Shown: positions 25,671 to 39,349, numbered from the whole stretch's first letter. The stretch: 63,522 bases of DNA, filler included, from Octopus bimaculoides (GCF_001194135.2; 5 parts of 4 records of this genome joined end to end with filler, not necessarily neighbours in it), one strand, 5' to 3'. Notes: generated from the sequence alone by a model not told the origin. Numbers and translations: made by a program.

Positions 25671-26974
25671 TGTGTATATATTCTATTATATGTAATATAA
25701 TATATATTATATATGCATATATAAGGTGCATTTTGTTAATACATTTGGGGATAGATTCTACAGCTTTCAAATTTTTCTGCATAAATGAGTCATATTAGTC
25801 TACTAAATTAAGGCAGATTTTTTTGTTTAACTGCTAATTATTTTAGCTACCTAGCATTGTTAAATGTCTTTCTTTACTATATTACATGGCATTTCTTTAT
25901 TAAATGCATATGTAATAAACTGATAAGGGGATCTTTCCAAACTGCTTGATAACATAAGTATTGATTATTTCAAAAGTCCTCTGGAATCAGTGCCAATATG
26001 CAATAGTTAATACATTGATAGCAGATGTGTAACTCAAATCAGTTATGCTTGATTAAGCAGAAGCCTACTGCAGGTGTAGCCAATTGAATTATTGGGAACA
26101 ACCCAAACTCAAGCAGTTTGGGTATATAATGATTCAGTCAAGTCTGCAAATACATTGTGTATCCTGTCATGCAGCAGTTATTTTAGGCAAGAAATGTAGC
26201 AATCATAGAAGAGAAGTCAAAAATGAGTTGATCATAAAGGGGAGATAATTTTGTTGTAGACGAAAATCGAGACATTTCTCTTCAGAAGTTAAAGTGTTTC
26301 CGTTCCTCTCTGTGTGCCTATGTCAGAATTATATCAAGAGATCATGATCCACTTGAAGTAGTAGTTCCTGAATCACTCCCTACTATCTTAAAAGTAAAGG
26401 AATTACACATTGAACAAAAAATAATCATCCATATATGGGTAAAAGCAAAAGAAAAAATACGGGCTGGTCATGACTGGACTGTTTTTCATCATATATCCAT
26501 TGAATATATATACTGACTTAGCAAGTATATGGGGTGAATGCTTGATTTTTGTGTATTTTCAAAACGAATGAGAATTTGAATGACAGTGAATTTCTTTTTG
26601 TTTTATATAGGAACAAATAACAAAAATCCTATAACAAGGCTTACGAATAGTTTTGGTGATGTATATTTTTAAGCGCTTAGCACTTAAAAATCGTACACGT
26701 CTTTAAGCACTTGTAAGATAGGCCACAATTTTCATCGTAATTGTGTTCGAAAAGCGAAAAGAAAAATGTATTTTGATAAATTTTTTTAGAGATTTGAATA
26801 TTGTTAAATTGTAACATTTTAAAATCATTTATATTAAAATCACTGGGGTTTGTTTGATTATCAAATACAACAGATGTTTACCAATAGGTGATAAGGTTGA
26901 AATAAATATCGAGTCTATTTGATATATCTCATGTTAAAATAACGATAACGGAATGTGACTGGCATAAATTTTAT

Positions 26975-27775
26975 CTTTTACTTGTCTCAGTTATTGAATT
27001 GCGGTCATACTGGGGCACTGCCTTGAAGGATTTTAGTCAAATGAATCGATCCCTATATTTAATATTTTTTTGCAGCCTGGCACTTATTATTTAACGTGTT
27101 TAGTTAAAAAAAAATCTGTCGGGTCAGATTGAAAAGATCCATTGTCAAGGGTGGTGGGGAACGAACACAGAGATAAAGGCGCGCGCGCGCACACACACAC
27201 ACACAAACACGCGCGCACACACACACAAACACGCGCGCGCGCACACACGCACACACACACACACAAACACATACAAGCACATACACACACACGTCCGGTT
27301 TCTTTTAACTTCCACCTACCAAAGACACCCAGGAGGCGCAATGGCCCAGTGGTTAGGGCAGTGGACTCGCGGTCATAGGATCGCGGTTTCGATTCCCAGA
27401 CCGGGCGTTGTGAGTGTTTATTGATCGAAAACACCTAAAGCTCCACGAGGGTTCAAAGGGTCAGCCTTGTCACACTGTGTCACGCTGAATATCTCCCGAG
27501 AACTACGTTAAAGGTACACGTGTCTGTGGAGTGCTCAGCCACTTGCACGTTAATTTCGCGAGCAGGCTGTTCCGTTGATCGGATCAACTGGAACCCTCGA
27601 CGTCGTAAGCGACGGAGTGCCAACAACAACAACAACAACCAAAGACATCCACAATACTTTGGTCGTCCCAAGGCTATCGAAGAAGACACTTGCCTAAGGT
27701 GTCATGCAGTTGCACTGAACCCGGAACTATGCAGTTGGGAAGCAAACTTTTCATCACACAGCAACGCTTGCGCTT
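26975..27775 (-). mobile_element. SINE family A interrupted by a younger SINE
   Basis: Tail at 26975-27100, microsatellite core, head resumes at 27640-27775. Confidence 0.75.
27332..27637 (+). mobile_element. Full-length tRNA-Arg-like SINE (family C) with (CAA)n tail and 14-bp TSD
   Basis: Head ggcgcaatggcccagtggttagggcagtggactcgcggtcataggatcgcggtttcgattcccag has an A box, a TCG-containing anticodon-like loop and a B box. Flanked by accaaagacaccca (27318-27331) and accaaagacatcca (27638-27651). Confidence 0.85.
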
Positions 27776-28391
27776 ATATACAAAAAACTATTTAATATAA
27801 TGTACGACAGACAACATAACAAAGTAAGATCTTATGGCAATACTATGCTGGATATTTGGTCTATTTTTCTCAGAAGAAAGAAATGTCAAACGTGAGTATT
27901 TACAAAAAATGAATACAAATAAGGTAACAAAATCTACAAATACAACTAAAATGCAGACTCACAATTTTGTGCATTGTTAAAGTTACGGCATTAGATAAAC
28001 TATTGTATGAAAAAATGTCAGAACAACTTAGTGTTTTTAGAGAGAGAAAAATAAACTAACTGTATTGATATGCCTTCATTTTGCTTTTGTAGAAACGTGA
28101 TATGGAGAGTTGGTGCATTTTTACTGAAATAATGTAAGTTAAAGAGACTGGACAAGACATTTTAGCTGAGCGGTATTAAAATTGGTGAGAGGTGAATGGC
28201 ATTAGCGTCTTTTCATGTCGGAGAGATTGCGTGTAGCAGACGATGGAGTTTCACTGAGGCGCATGCGTAGAATTATGATAAGCGTTTCTTTAGAATTAGG
28301 ACTGATGATGAATGACAAGAGATATGATCAGGAATGATTATTGTTTAGCCCTAGGTCAGGTGTGATCGAACACACACGCACACACACGCAC

Positions 28392-28425
<34 letters not shown>

Positions 28426-28518
28426 GCACACACACGCACTGTATCAGAAACGTTTGGTTTCTGTACACAGTCGCTTGATCTGCTAGAAATAGTAGCGAAA
28501 TGTTCCTGAAATCACCCC

Positions 28519-28618
28519 NNNNNNNNNNNNNNNNNNNNNNNNNNNNNNNNNNNNNNNNNNNNTTAATTAATTAANNNNNNNNNNNNNNNNNNNNNNNNNN
28601 NNNNNNNNNNNNNNNNNN
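28519..28618. other. Artificial scaffold join (linker at 28563-28574)
   Basis: Same 44N/12-mer/44N structure. Confidence 0.95.
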
Positions 28619-28619
28619 T

Positions 28620-28705
28620 TTATGTTGTTGCTGTTGCTGTTGTTACCCGTGCCAGCTCTGTTGTTGTTGTTCTTCTTCTTCTTTTTGGTGGTGGTGGTCG
28701 TGGTG

Positions 28706-28748
<43 letters not shown>

Positions 28749-28980
28749 TCGTCATCGTTGCTTTTGTTGTTGTTGTTTATGTGTTAAATTCGATTAGTTA
28801 CGCTACATGGGATATTCACCGTCAACAGCGGAAGTCGATTTGCTTCCTGTGTTTAGTTACGTCTGCACCTTATCATTATCTCATAGAAATTAAGAGGTGA
28901 AAAATCGATCTCACTTGATACAGTCAATCCAGTAAGCCGGAGCGATTCATTGTTGGTTGACATTAAGATGTGAGAGAGAC

Positions 28981-29012
<32 letters not shown>

Positions 29013-29302
29013 TTCTCTCTCTCTCCCTCTCTCTCTCTCTCTCTTTAATTCTCTCCTCCTCTCTATATTGTCCTTGCTGTCCCTCGCTCTTCCCTTATCT
29101 CTGTTCCTTTTCGTATGCATATGTAACGCGCGCACACACACACACACATACACACACACACAAAAGGAAACACATAAACATGAATGTGTGTGTGTCTGTG
29201 TGTCTGTGTGTGTGTGTGTGTGGGTGTGTGTGTACACATTTGTCTCTTCCCACATACACAAACATACATTACCACACAAACACAAACACAAATACATCTT
29301 GA

Positions 29303-29333
<31 letters not shown>

Positions 29334-29460
29334 AAGAAGAAGAAGAAGAAGAAGAAGAAGAAGATGAAGAAGAAGAAGAAGAAGAAGAAGAAGAAGAAGA
29401 CGGTGGTGGCTGCAGTGTTAGTGGTGGTGGTGGCGGTGGTGAGTGAGTGAGTGAATGAAA
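28620..29460. repeat. Compound microsatellite field: (TTG)n, (GTC)n, (TTTC)n, (CT)n, (CA)n, (TG)n, (AAG)n
   Basis: Direct inspection. Confidence 0.9.
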
Positions 29461-29574
29461 AATGTGAAATGTGAAAGAAGTAAACAGAAATTTAGGAGAA
29501 AGGAAACTAAAAATTATCCTCTACGATGCGTTTGTAGTTTCACAGCCAAATAACTGACTAGTCATTGATCATTT

Positions 29575-29725
29575 TTACTATTGGCACAAAGCCCGAAATT
29601 TGGTCGGATGAGGCTGCTCGATTCTTTATCGACACCAGTGCTCAGCTGGTTTTTATTACATCAGCCCCGAGAGAATGAAAGACAAAGTTGACTTGGTAGC
29701 ATTTGAACTCATTTGAACTCAAGCT
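29575..29725 (-). mobile_element. SINE family B remnant
   Basis: ggcacaaagcccgaaattt...atcgacaccagtg...gaatgaaagacaaagttgac...atttgaactca. Confidence 0.65.
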
Positions 29726-30303
29726 TTGTGCTCATCGAAACTGTGACAGAATATGGGTAACAAAAGTATAATATACTTGGGTCAGTTCTCGTTTCTTAAA
29801 TGAATTATAAATGATTAAATATTAAAATCATATTTGAAGTGAAACTCTAACTGAAAGAATGGAAAACGAAATAATGAAGATGTCTGAAGTTTAGTTAAGG
29901 AATACTGATACGGTTTGAGAAGATGAGAACGATTTAAGCGTTTATACACTCTCTCTGAGTTCTATGAATGAAGACACATAATGAAAAAGCAAATTTACTG
30001 CAGTGTTTGTCCGGAGATAATATCTCTTATGCATATGTTGTGTTTAAAAACCCAGTATATATCAGTAGAAGACGAAAGTCATTCAACAGCGTCCAGTTAG
30101 AATACTAGAAGTTCTTTTTTTGCTTTGTTGGGCTTTATCAGTTGCTTTTACTCACAGCTCTATCTTGTATTGGATCATGCAGTCACAGATAGGCTTTTTC
30201 TACAAAATCAAAGGAGAGAATGCCACGGTAGAACACTTCGGTTCACATGTCTTCTTAATTCTGGCCGACTAAGCATATATAAGCATCCATCCATTTGTGT
30301 GTG

Positions 30304-30352
<49 letters not shown>

Positions 30353-31371
30353 CGTGCGTATTTGTGTGTATCTATCTACATATATATCTATCTGCCGTTT
30401 GTGAGGCACGCCTTCCCGCAGCTCGTCTCACTCACCGAACTGCAAACATGGATCAGGAAGAGACCGAAACTGGGAGATTGNNNNNNNNNNNNNNNNNNNN
30501 NNNNNNNNNNNNNNNNNNNNNNNNNNNNNNNNNNNNNNNNNNNNNNNNNNNNNNNNNNNNNNNNNNNNNNNNNNNNNNNNNNNNNNNNNNNNNNNNNNNN
30601 NNNNNNNNNNNNNNNNNNNNNNNNNNNNNNNNNNNNNNNNNNNNNNNNNNNNNNNNNNNNNNNNNNNNNNNNNNNNNNNNNNNNNNNNNNNNNNNNNNNN
30701 NNNNNNNNNNNNNNNNNNNNNNNNNNNNNNNNNNNNNNNNNNNNNNNNNNNNNNNNNNNNNNNNNNNNNNNNNNNNNNNNNNNNNNNNNNNNNNNNNNNN
30801 NNNNNNNNNNNNNNNNNNNNNNNNNNNNNNNNNNNNNNNNNNNNNNNNNNNNNNNNNNNNNNNNNNNNNNNNNNNNNNNNNNNNNNNNNNNNNNNNNNNN
30901 NNNNNNNNNNNNNNNNNNNNNNNNNNNNNNNNNNNNNNNNNNNNNNNNNNNNNNNNNNNNNNNNNNNNNNNNNNNNNNNNNNNNNNNNNNNNNNNNNNNN
31001 NNNNNNNNNNNNNNNNNNNNNNNNNNNNNNNNNNNNNNNNNNNNNNNNNNNNNNNNNNNNNNNNNNNNNNNNNNNNNNNNNNNNNNNNNNNNNNNNNNNN
31101 NNNNNNNNNNNNNNNNNNNNNNNNNNNNNNNNNNNNNNNNNNNNNNNNNNNNNNNNNNNNNNNNNNNNNNNNNNNNNNNNNNNNNNNNNNNNNNNNNNNN
31201 NNNNNNNNNNNNNNNNNNNNNNNNNNNNNNNNNNNNNNNNNNNNNNNNNNNNNNNNNNNNNNNNNNNNNNNNNNNNNNNNNNNNNNNNNNNNNNNNNNNN
31301 NNNNNNNNNNNNNNNNNNNNNNNNNNNNNNNNNNNNNNNNNNNNNNNNNNNNNNNNNNNNNNNNNNNATAT

Positions 31372-32145
31372 ATTCTAACCATGCGTCCTGCCCTAACTCT
31401 TCGAAACGCTTAGTTTTAGAATGGTAGCAGATGATGAAGGAAATGTTCTCTATGCTGCCTGTGTGTTTTCTGTATTCTGTTTATCATTTTGTCCACGTTT
31501 TTTTTGCAACTTCCTGTACCCAGATATGCATCTATATATACATGTAAATGTAGGTATGTACATACATGTACGTATATATGCATATACTCATTTATTATTT
31601 GTATTACATGATCGAACGCACGCTTCATCCTTGCAAGTAAGTTTTGAGCTTTATATTTCTGACGCGACTCTATCTATCCTCGTATCTTTCTTCCCCTCTC
31701 GTTCTTCCTTCTGTTACTACTATATCTCTCTCATCGTCCCTGTCTCTCATTGCTCGTCTATATTCTACTTCCTACCCTTTTTCTCCCTCTACCACTCTTT
31801 TTCCCTACCCCTCGCTGGTCACATATGTCCAGCTACTAATTCTTTTCATATCTTGGCCTTGCCAAGCACACACGAACATTCTTCATCCCGTTTCCTTCCA
31901 GTTCGTTGCTTCACAGCGTTCAGTATACACATATGTTTTCACGTCTGGCCGTTTAGCCTTCTTTGTTTGTTTTCACTGTTTCGTTTTCCTGTCTTGTTTT
32001 CTGTTCGCCCACTACATTCCTCCACGGTACAAATTTAATTTGTGGTCCATGGGAAGAGCCATTCTAACGATGCGTCCTGCCCTAACTCTTCGAAACGCCT
32101 AGTTTTAGAATGGTGGCATCTGATGAAGGAAATGTTCTCTATGTG
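31372..32145 (+). repeat. ~690-bp tandem unit (more than one copy visible, gaps on both sides), PLE-pseudo-LTR-like
   Basis: attctaac.atgcgtcctgccctaactcttcgaaacgc.tagttttagaatggt.gca..tgatgaaggaaatgttctctatg occurs at 31372 and again at 32061. Confidence 0.8.
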
Positions 32146-34104
32146 NNNNNNNNNNNNNNNNNNNNNNNNNNNNNNNNNNNNNNNNNNNNNNNNNNNNNNN
32201 NNNNNNNNNNNNNNNNNNNNNNNNNNNNNNNNNNNNNNNNNNNNNNNNNNNNNNNNNNNNNNNNNNNNNNNNNNNNNNNNNNNNNNNNNNNNNNNNNNNN
32301 NNNNNNNNNNNNNNNNNNNNNNNNNNNNNNNNNNNNNNNNNNNNNNNNNNNNNNNNNNNNNNNNNNNNNNNNNNNNNNNNNNNNNNNNNNNNNNNNNNNN
32401 NNNNNNNNNNNNNNNNNNNNNNNNNNNNNNNNNATATATGTATGTATGTATGTATGTATGTATATATGTATGTATGTATGTGTGTATGTATGTATGTATA
32501 TACATAAAATTAGATAATGAGTGTAGAAATTGATGGTAGAAATTAAAATTGCAATGTTCTCCAACCGGTAAATTAACTGCGGTGATTTATTATCTGCAGG
32601 GTTATTTCCGGCACTAGCGCGCCAAAGGGAAGACATTTGAAAAATACCACAGATATATTTTGTAGAATTGTACATGAGTTTTCTTTCGGGAGAACGTTTC
32701 TGTGTGTAGTTCTATGAAATATGTTTTGAAATATGACAGGCTACGCTGAGGAGTTACAGATACTTCCATTTTGCATTTTGCAAGTGTTAATAATGAAATC
32801 ATGATAAGTAGATAATCGTTTTATTTTGTGTATTTTCATTTGTCTGGCTTATTTTTTACATTCTGGCGTTTGGTGAGATTTTTTCATGCGGACACACTCT
32901 TCATGGTAAGGCGATTTGACGTCTATTTTTAGCATATAGAAATCCACCTTAGAGGTCATTCCTCTTATTAATTGTTATATGCATGCGTGTTTGTGTGTGC
33001 GTGCGTATGTGTATACAGACAGAAACGAATCGTGTGCCGCTAAGTTACATTGCATCATTGAGAATATCCACTTCTCTCCTCCAGTCAATACTTCTTTTTG
33101 TTATTTCAGACATAAACAATGGCACTTGAGTATGGAACAGAATCACAAACTTCGACGTTTGCATACTCCCATCTTATTTATTACTGTTTTTCCTTCTAAA
33201 TTTGATAAGTTGACCGTGTTGAAATTTCTATTTGGCGAAACTGAATGTCCTTAAGAAAATATTAATATTTCTGAACATTTCAAAGAATTTAGAGTTTTTT
33301 TTAGCATAACAAAAACGAAAATTCAACTCAGTCTGTATATGTATATTCATGTATTATTTGTTAACTGATATACTGATTTTTTTTTTTTTTCTATATCTAA
33401 AACATTATTACCATTGACGGGCACAAACATTGTATTTCGTTACATCATTTCAACGGAAACGATGTGAAATGTTAGTGAACTGTGAAATTTCTAAACCAAT
33501 GAAGTTTTCTATTCATTACAATGAAATACATAGAATGTCTGTAGAATTGCGAGAAAGGTGAGAAATTCCACAGAAACAGTTTGGATGTCTATTACTTACG
33601 GTTGACTGAATCGACTTCTTTTTCTTCTTCTTCTTCTTATTATTATTATTATTACTATTATTATCATCATTATTATTATCATCATCATTATCATCATAAT
33701 CATCATCATCATCATCATCATCATTATTATTATTACTAACATCATCATTCTTATTATTGTTATTGTTGTTGTTATCATTCCTAGTACTACAACAACTACT
33801 ACTAGTACTACTCCTAATACCATTATTAATATCAATGATTGTATTTCATATATGCGTGTGTGCCTGCGAGTGCATCCTCGCGCGCACGCATGTGTGTGTG
33901 TGTGTGTGTCTGTCTGTCTGTGTACATATGTATACTGTATGCTTTTGTTTTGTATAGAGATAATATATATAAATGCAACTCCTAAATGTCTCGTTTTTCT
34001 TTTGCTTTTTTTTTGTTTTCGTTAATGTGTTAAAATATATTGCATTTGTGTTTGTGTCGTCCTTGTGGTAGTGTTAAACATCATCATCATCATCTTTATT
34101 GCTA

Positions 34105-34319
34105 TTGCTAGTTGGCAGAATCGTTAGCGCGCCGGGTAGAATGCTCAGAGGCATCCCCCCCCCCCGTCTTTATGTTTGAGTTCAAATTCCACCGGAGTCG
34201 ACTTTGCCTTTTTCAAGCTTTCAGGGTCGATAAAATAAGTACCAGTACAGCACAGGAGTCGATGTATTCGACTAGTCTCCACACCCGAAATCTCAAGCCT
34301 TGTGCCTATAATAGAAAGG

Positions 34320-34320
<1 letters not shown>
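34105..34320 (+). mobile_element. SINE family B, near full-length, followed by (ATT)n
   Basis: gttggcagaatcgttagcgcgccgg...gagttcaaattccaccggagtcgactttgcc...gtcgataaaataagtaccag...gcctataatagaaagg. Confidence 0.85.
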
Positions 34321-34353
<33 letters not shown>

Positions 34354-35193
34354 GAGAGACAATAAGAAATTTTTTTAATGTTTAAAGGATTGGTGTTACT
34401 CCTCCAGAGAAGTCGAAATATTGNNNNNNNNNNNNNNNNNNNNNNNNNNNNNNNNNNNNNNNNNNNNNNNNNNNNNNNNNNNNNNNNNNNNNNNNNNNNN
34501 NNNNNNNNNNNNNNNNNNNNNNNNNNNNNNNNNNNNNNNNNNNNNNNNNNNNNNNNNNNNNNNNNNNNNNNNNNNNNNNNNNNNNNNNNNNNNNNNNNNN
34601 NNNNNNNNNNNNNNNNNNNNNNNNNNNNNNNNNNNNNNNNNNNNNNNNNNNGTGTCATTGCATATTTACAGGAATTCGTGTGTGTTTGTGAGTGGATGTT
34701 GATAAGTATGTGTGTGTGTGTGTGTGTGTATTTGTGAATGTTTGTATGTGAGTGTTTGTGTGCAAGTGTTCCTGCTTAGTTATGTGTTTGAGGGTATGAG
34801 AGAATAGTTGTGTGTGTGTGCGTGTGTATGTACGCATGAGCATGTTTCTGTTTGTGTGAATATGTAAATTAGTATTTAAGGTAATGGAAGTGTTTATGTG
34901 ACAGTGAGCTTATATACGTATGTATGTATGTATGTATATCTGTCGTTTATGTATGTGTATGTATATATATATATCTATANNNNNNNNNNNNNNNNNNNNN
35001 NNNNNNNNNNNNNNNNNNNNNNNNNNNNNNNNNNNNNNNNNNNNNNNNNNNNNNNNNNNNNNNNNNNNNNNNNNNNNNNNNNNNNNNNNNNNNNNNNNNN
35101 NNNNNNNNNNNNNNNNNNNNNNNNNNNNNNNNNNNNNNNNNNNNNNNNNNNNNNNNNNNNNNNNNNNNNNNNNNNNNNNNNNNNNNNNNNNNN

Positions 35194-35226
<33 letters not shown>

Positions 35227-35569
35227 ATATATATTCGCATAGATGTATACATTCATAAGCAGTCGCGCGTGTGTGTGTGTGTGTATATGCATCGACGTGG
35301 GTACGTGCGTATAGTCTGTGTGTGTATGGGCCGGGGCGTTTCTAGAAGACTCGGGAGTTTTTGTTCTCAGTCATTTCAATGTAAAATATTTCACACACCG
35401 AACAGAAGTGATGTCAGCCATCTTAGAAAACGTTGGGAAAGGTAGAACTGACTAGCGGATATGCTGAGGGCAATACATCGAAGCGTGTTCAAACAACAGC
35501 TAAACCCTGTTGAAAGAAGCAAAGTAAAGACGAACGAAACGAAACATTTTTCTTTTGACATGTTCATCG

Positions 35570-35776
35570 ATTATTATTATCTTTCTTCTTCTTCTTCTTC
35601 TTCTTCTTCTTCTTCTTCTTCTTCTTCTTCTTCTTCTTCTTCTTCTTCTACTACTTCTTCTTCTTCTTCTTCTTCTTCTTATTATTATTATTATTATTAN
35701 NNNNNNNNNCTTCTTCTTCTTCTTCTTCTTCTTCTTCTTCTTCTTCTACTACTTCTTCTTCTTCTTCTTCTTCTTC

Positions 35777-35822
<46 letters not shown>

Positions 35823-35825
35823 GAA
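35570..35825. repeat. (CTT)n/(ATT)n trinucleotide array
   Basis: Direct inspection. Confidence 0.9.
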
Positions 35826-37571
35826 TTTATTTTCTCCTCTTTACTTCTTTCAATAATACACCATACGACCAGATTTCAACTTTCATATAAAGAAATAAGT
35901 GAAGCGATTAATTAATATCGGAAGTTAGAGTGAATTAATCTACATTCGAAGTTGATTCCTTTGCAGTATGTGAAATCAGTCAGAAATGGAAGGTGTATTT
36001 ATCTCAAAGGTATTTTCCTGTTAAGAAAGGGGTGTCAGGAGGAGGAAAGCGATAGTTAATTTGATGGTTATAAAGTCAAGAGATAGGTTATCGATGTTAA
36101 CTTTCTGAGATTAAACTACTATCACTAGTTTCCAGAGAGTCTACTGATTCACCATTGTGTTACATCAGTGTTCTGTAAGGCTGGAAGTTTCTGTAAAGCG
36201 AAAAAGCAAAGTCGTGCTATGTAAATTGATCTTGCAACCCCGTCATCGTCTTCTTCTTCTTCTCCTTCTCCTCTTCCCCCTCCTCCTGTTTCTAAATGTC
36301 ACCCACTCTCAGTCTCTCTTTCTACATATATATATATATATGTGTGTGTGTGTGTAAATGCTATTAATCATGAACGCTAAATCTCTCTCTCTTTCTCTCC
36401 CTCTCTTTCTCTCTCCCCCCCTCTCTCCCTCTCTCTCTCACTCCCACTCTCTCACACTTTCTTTTCTCACTCTCTCTCGGTCACTCATTCTTTCTCTCAT
36501 CATCTTCCTTTCTTTTTAATCTATGTGTGTGTTTGTGTGAATTCGTATACAGAAATATACACATACACATTCACACACACAAACACACAGTGCTATATAT
36601 ATATATANNNNNNNNNNNNNNNNNNNNNNNNNNNNNNNNNNNNNNNNNNNNNNNNNNNNNNNNNNNNNNNNNNNNNNNNNNNNNNNNNNNNNNNNNNNNN
36701 NNNNNNNNNNNNNNNNNNNNNNNNNNNNNNNNNNNNNNNNNNNNNNNNNNNNNNNNNNNNNNNNNNNNNNNNNNNNNNNNNNNNNNNNNNNNNNNNNNNN
36801 NNNNNNNNNNNNNNNNNNNNNNNNNNNNNNNNNNNNNNNNNNNNNNNNNNNNNNNNNNNNNNNNNNNNNNNNNNNNNNNNNNNNNNNNNNNNNNNNNNNN
36901 NNNNNNNNNNNNNNNNNNNNNNNNNNNNNNNNNNNNNNNNNNNNNNNNNNNNNNNNNNNNNNNNNNNNNNNNNNNNNNNNNNNNNNNNNNNNNNNNNNNN
37001 NNNNNNNNNNNNNNNNNNNNNNNNNNNNNNNNNNNNNNNNNNNNNNNNNNNNNNNNNNNNNNNNNNNNNNNNNNNNNNNNNNNNNNNNNNNNNNNNNNNN
37101 NNNNNNNNNNNNNNNNNNNNNNNNNNNNNNNNNNNNNNNNNNNNNNNNNNNNNNNNNNNNNNNNNNNNNNNNNNNNNNNNNNNNNNNNNNNNNNNNNNNN
37201 NNNNNNNNNNNNNNNNNNNNNNNNNNNNNNNNNNNNNNNNNNNNNNNNNNNNNNNNNNNNNNNNNNNNNNNNNNNNNNNNNNNNNNNNNNNNNNNNNNNN
37301 NNNNNNNNNNNNNNNNNNNNNNNNNNNNNNNNNNNNNNNNNNNNNNNNNNNNNNNNNNNNNNNNNNNNNNNNNNNNNNNNNNNNNNNNNNNNNNNNNNNN
37401 NNNNNNNNNNNNNNNNNNNNNNNNNNNNNNNNNNNNNNNNNNNNNNNNNNNNNNNNNNNNNNNNNNNNNNNNNNNNNNNNNNNNNNNNNNNNNNNNNNNN
37501 NNNNNNNNNNNNNNNNNNNNNNNNNNNNNNNNNNNNNNNNNNNNNNNNNNNNNNNNNNNNNNNNNNNNNNN

Positions 37572-38500
<929 letters not shown>

Positions 38501-38987
38501 CATATATATGTAAGTATGTACATATATGTATATTTATACATATATGTATATATATATTATTTCCACTTTTTTCAACCTTTATACGCTCTGTGGAATCTAA
38601 AACTAATGATTCGGAATTTACATATAAAAACAAAAAGCAGTTTGTCCTTAGTTTCATTTTATGCATCAAACTTTAACTATATCATACGTTTCATAAATTC
38701 TCCGTCTCGAAGAACCAGCCCATAGCTTTCTCTTAAGTTCTTGCTTCTTATCAGACTAGGTCTTTTCTTATTATTACGTTGTCTTGAAACCATGATGCAT
38801 GATAAAAGTTGCTTAACCACTAAAATATCAGGCAACGAATTACTGATACTCCAAGAAGGAGAACGAAGTTAACAGTGCCACTGTCTTAAATTGCATTGCG
38901 TACGGTTTATCCGATATCCGGCTTAACCGGGTATGTTCTAACAGTAAGGGCACATATGAGTGTGTGCGTGTGTGTGTACTTATATAT

Positions 38988-39087
38988 NNNNNNNNNNNNN
39001 NNNNNNNNNNNNNNNNNNNNNNNNNNNNNNNTTAATTAATTAANNNNNNNNNNNNNNNNNNNNNNNNNNNNNNNNNNNNNNNNNNNN
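38988..39087. other. Artificial scaffold join (linker at 39032-39043)
   Basis: Same 44N/12-mer/44N structure. Confidence 0.95.
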
Positions 39088-39349
39088 GAATTCTTTTTCT
39101 ACAGTAGAACTTCTGAAGAAACCGGAGCTCTGCCCACTAAAAGTCGATCGTACTAATTTTAGGATTTTATTACCATTCAATTAGAGACCCGTTATTTGTT
39201 CCTTATCAAAACGATGAGAATCAAATTATTTAGGAAATACAGTGTATTTTAATTCTCCCTGCAAACACATGAGCTGTTGCGTAAATTAAAAAAAAAACTA
39301 CTCTGTTTTGCTTTACATGAATTTTGCATATAATATAAATAGGTTTAAG

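Noticed and set aside
27333-27410. tRNA-Arg gene
   Set aside because: The acceptor stem does not close and the sequence continues into a SINE body with tail and TSD.
32876-32903. RING-like SCGHTLH peptide before a gtaagg donor
   Set aside because: Poor acceptor, 9 residues only, consistent with chance.
33096-33210. Plus-strand acceptor followed by a Kozak-like ATG (MALEYGTESQ…)
   Set aside because: The frame closes after 26 codons, with no convincing donor or homology.
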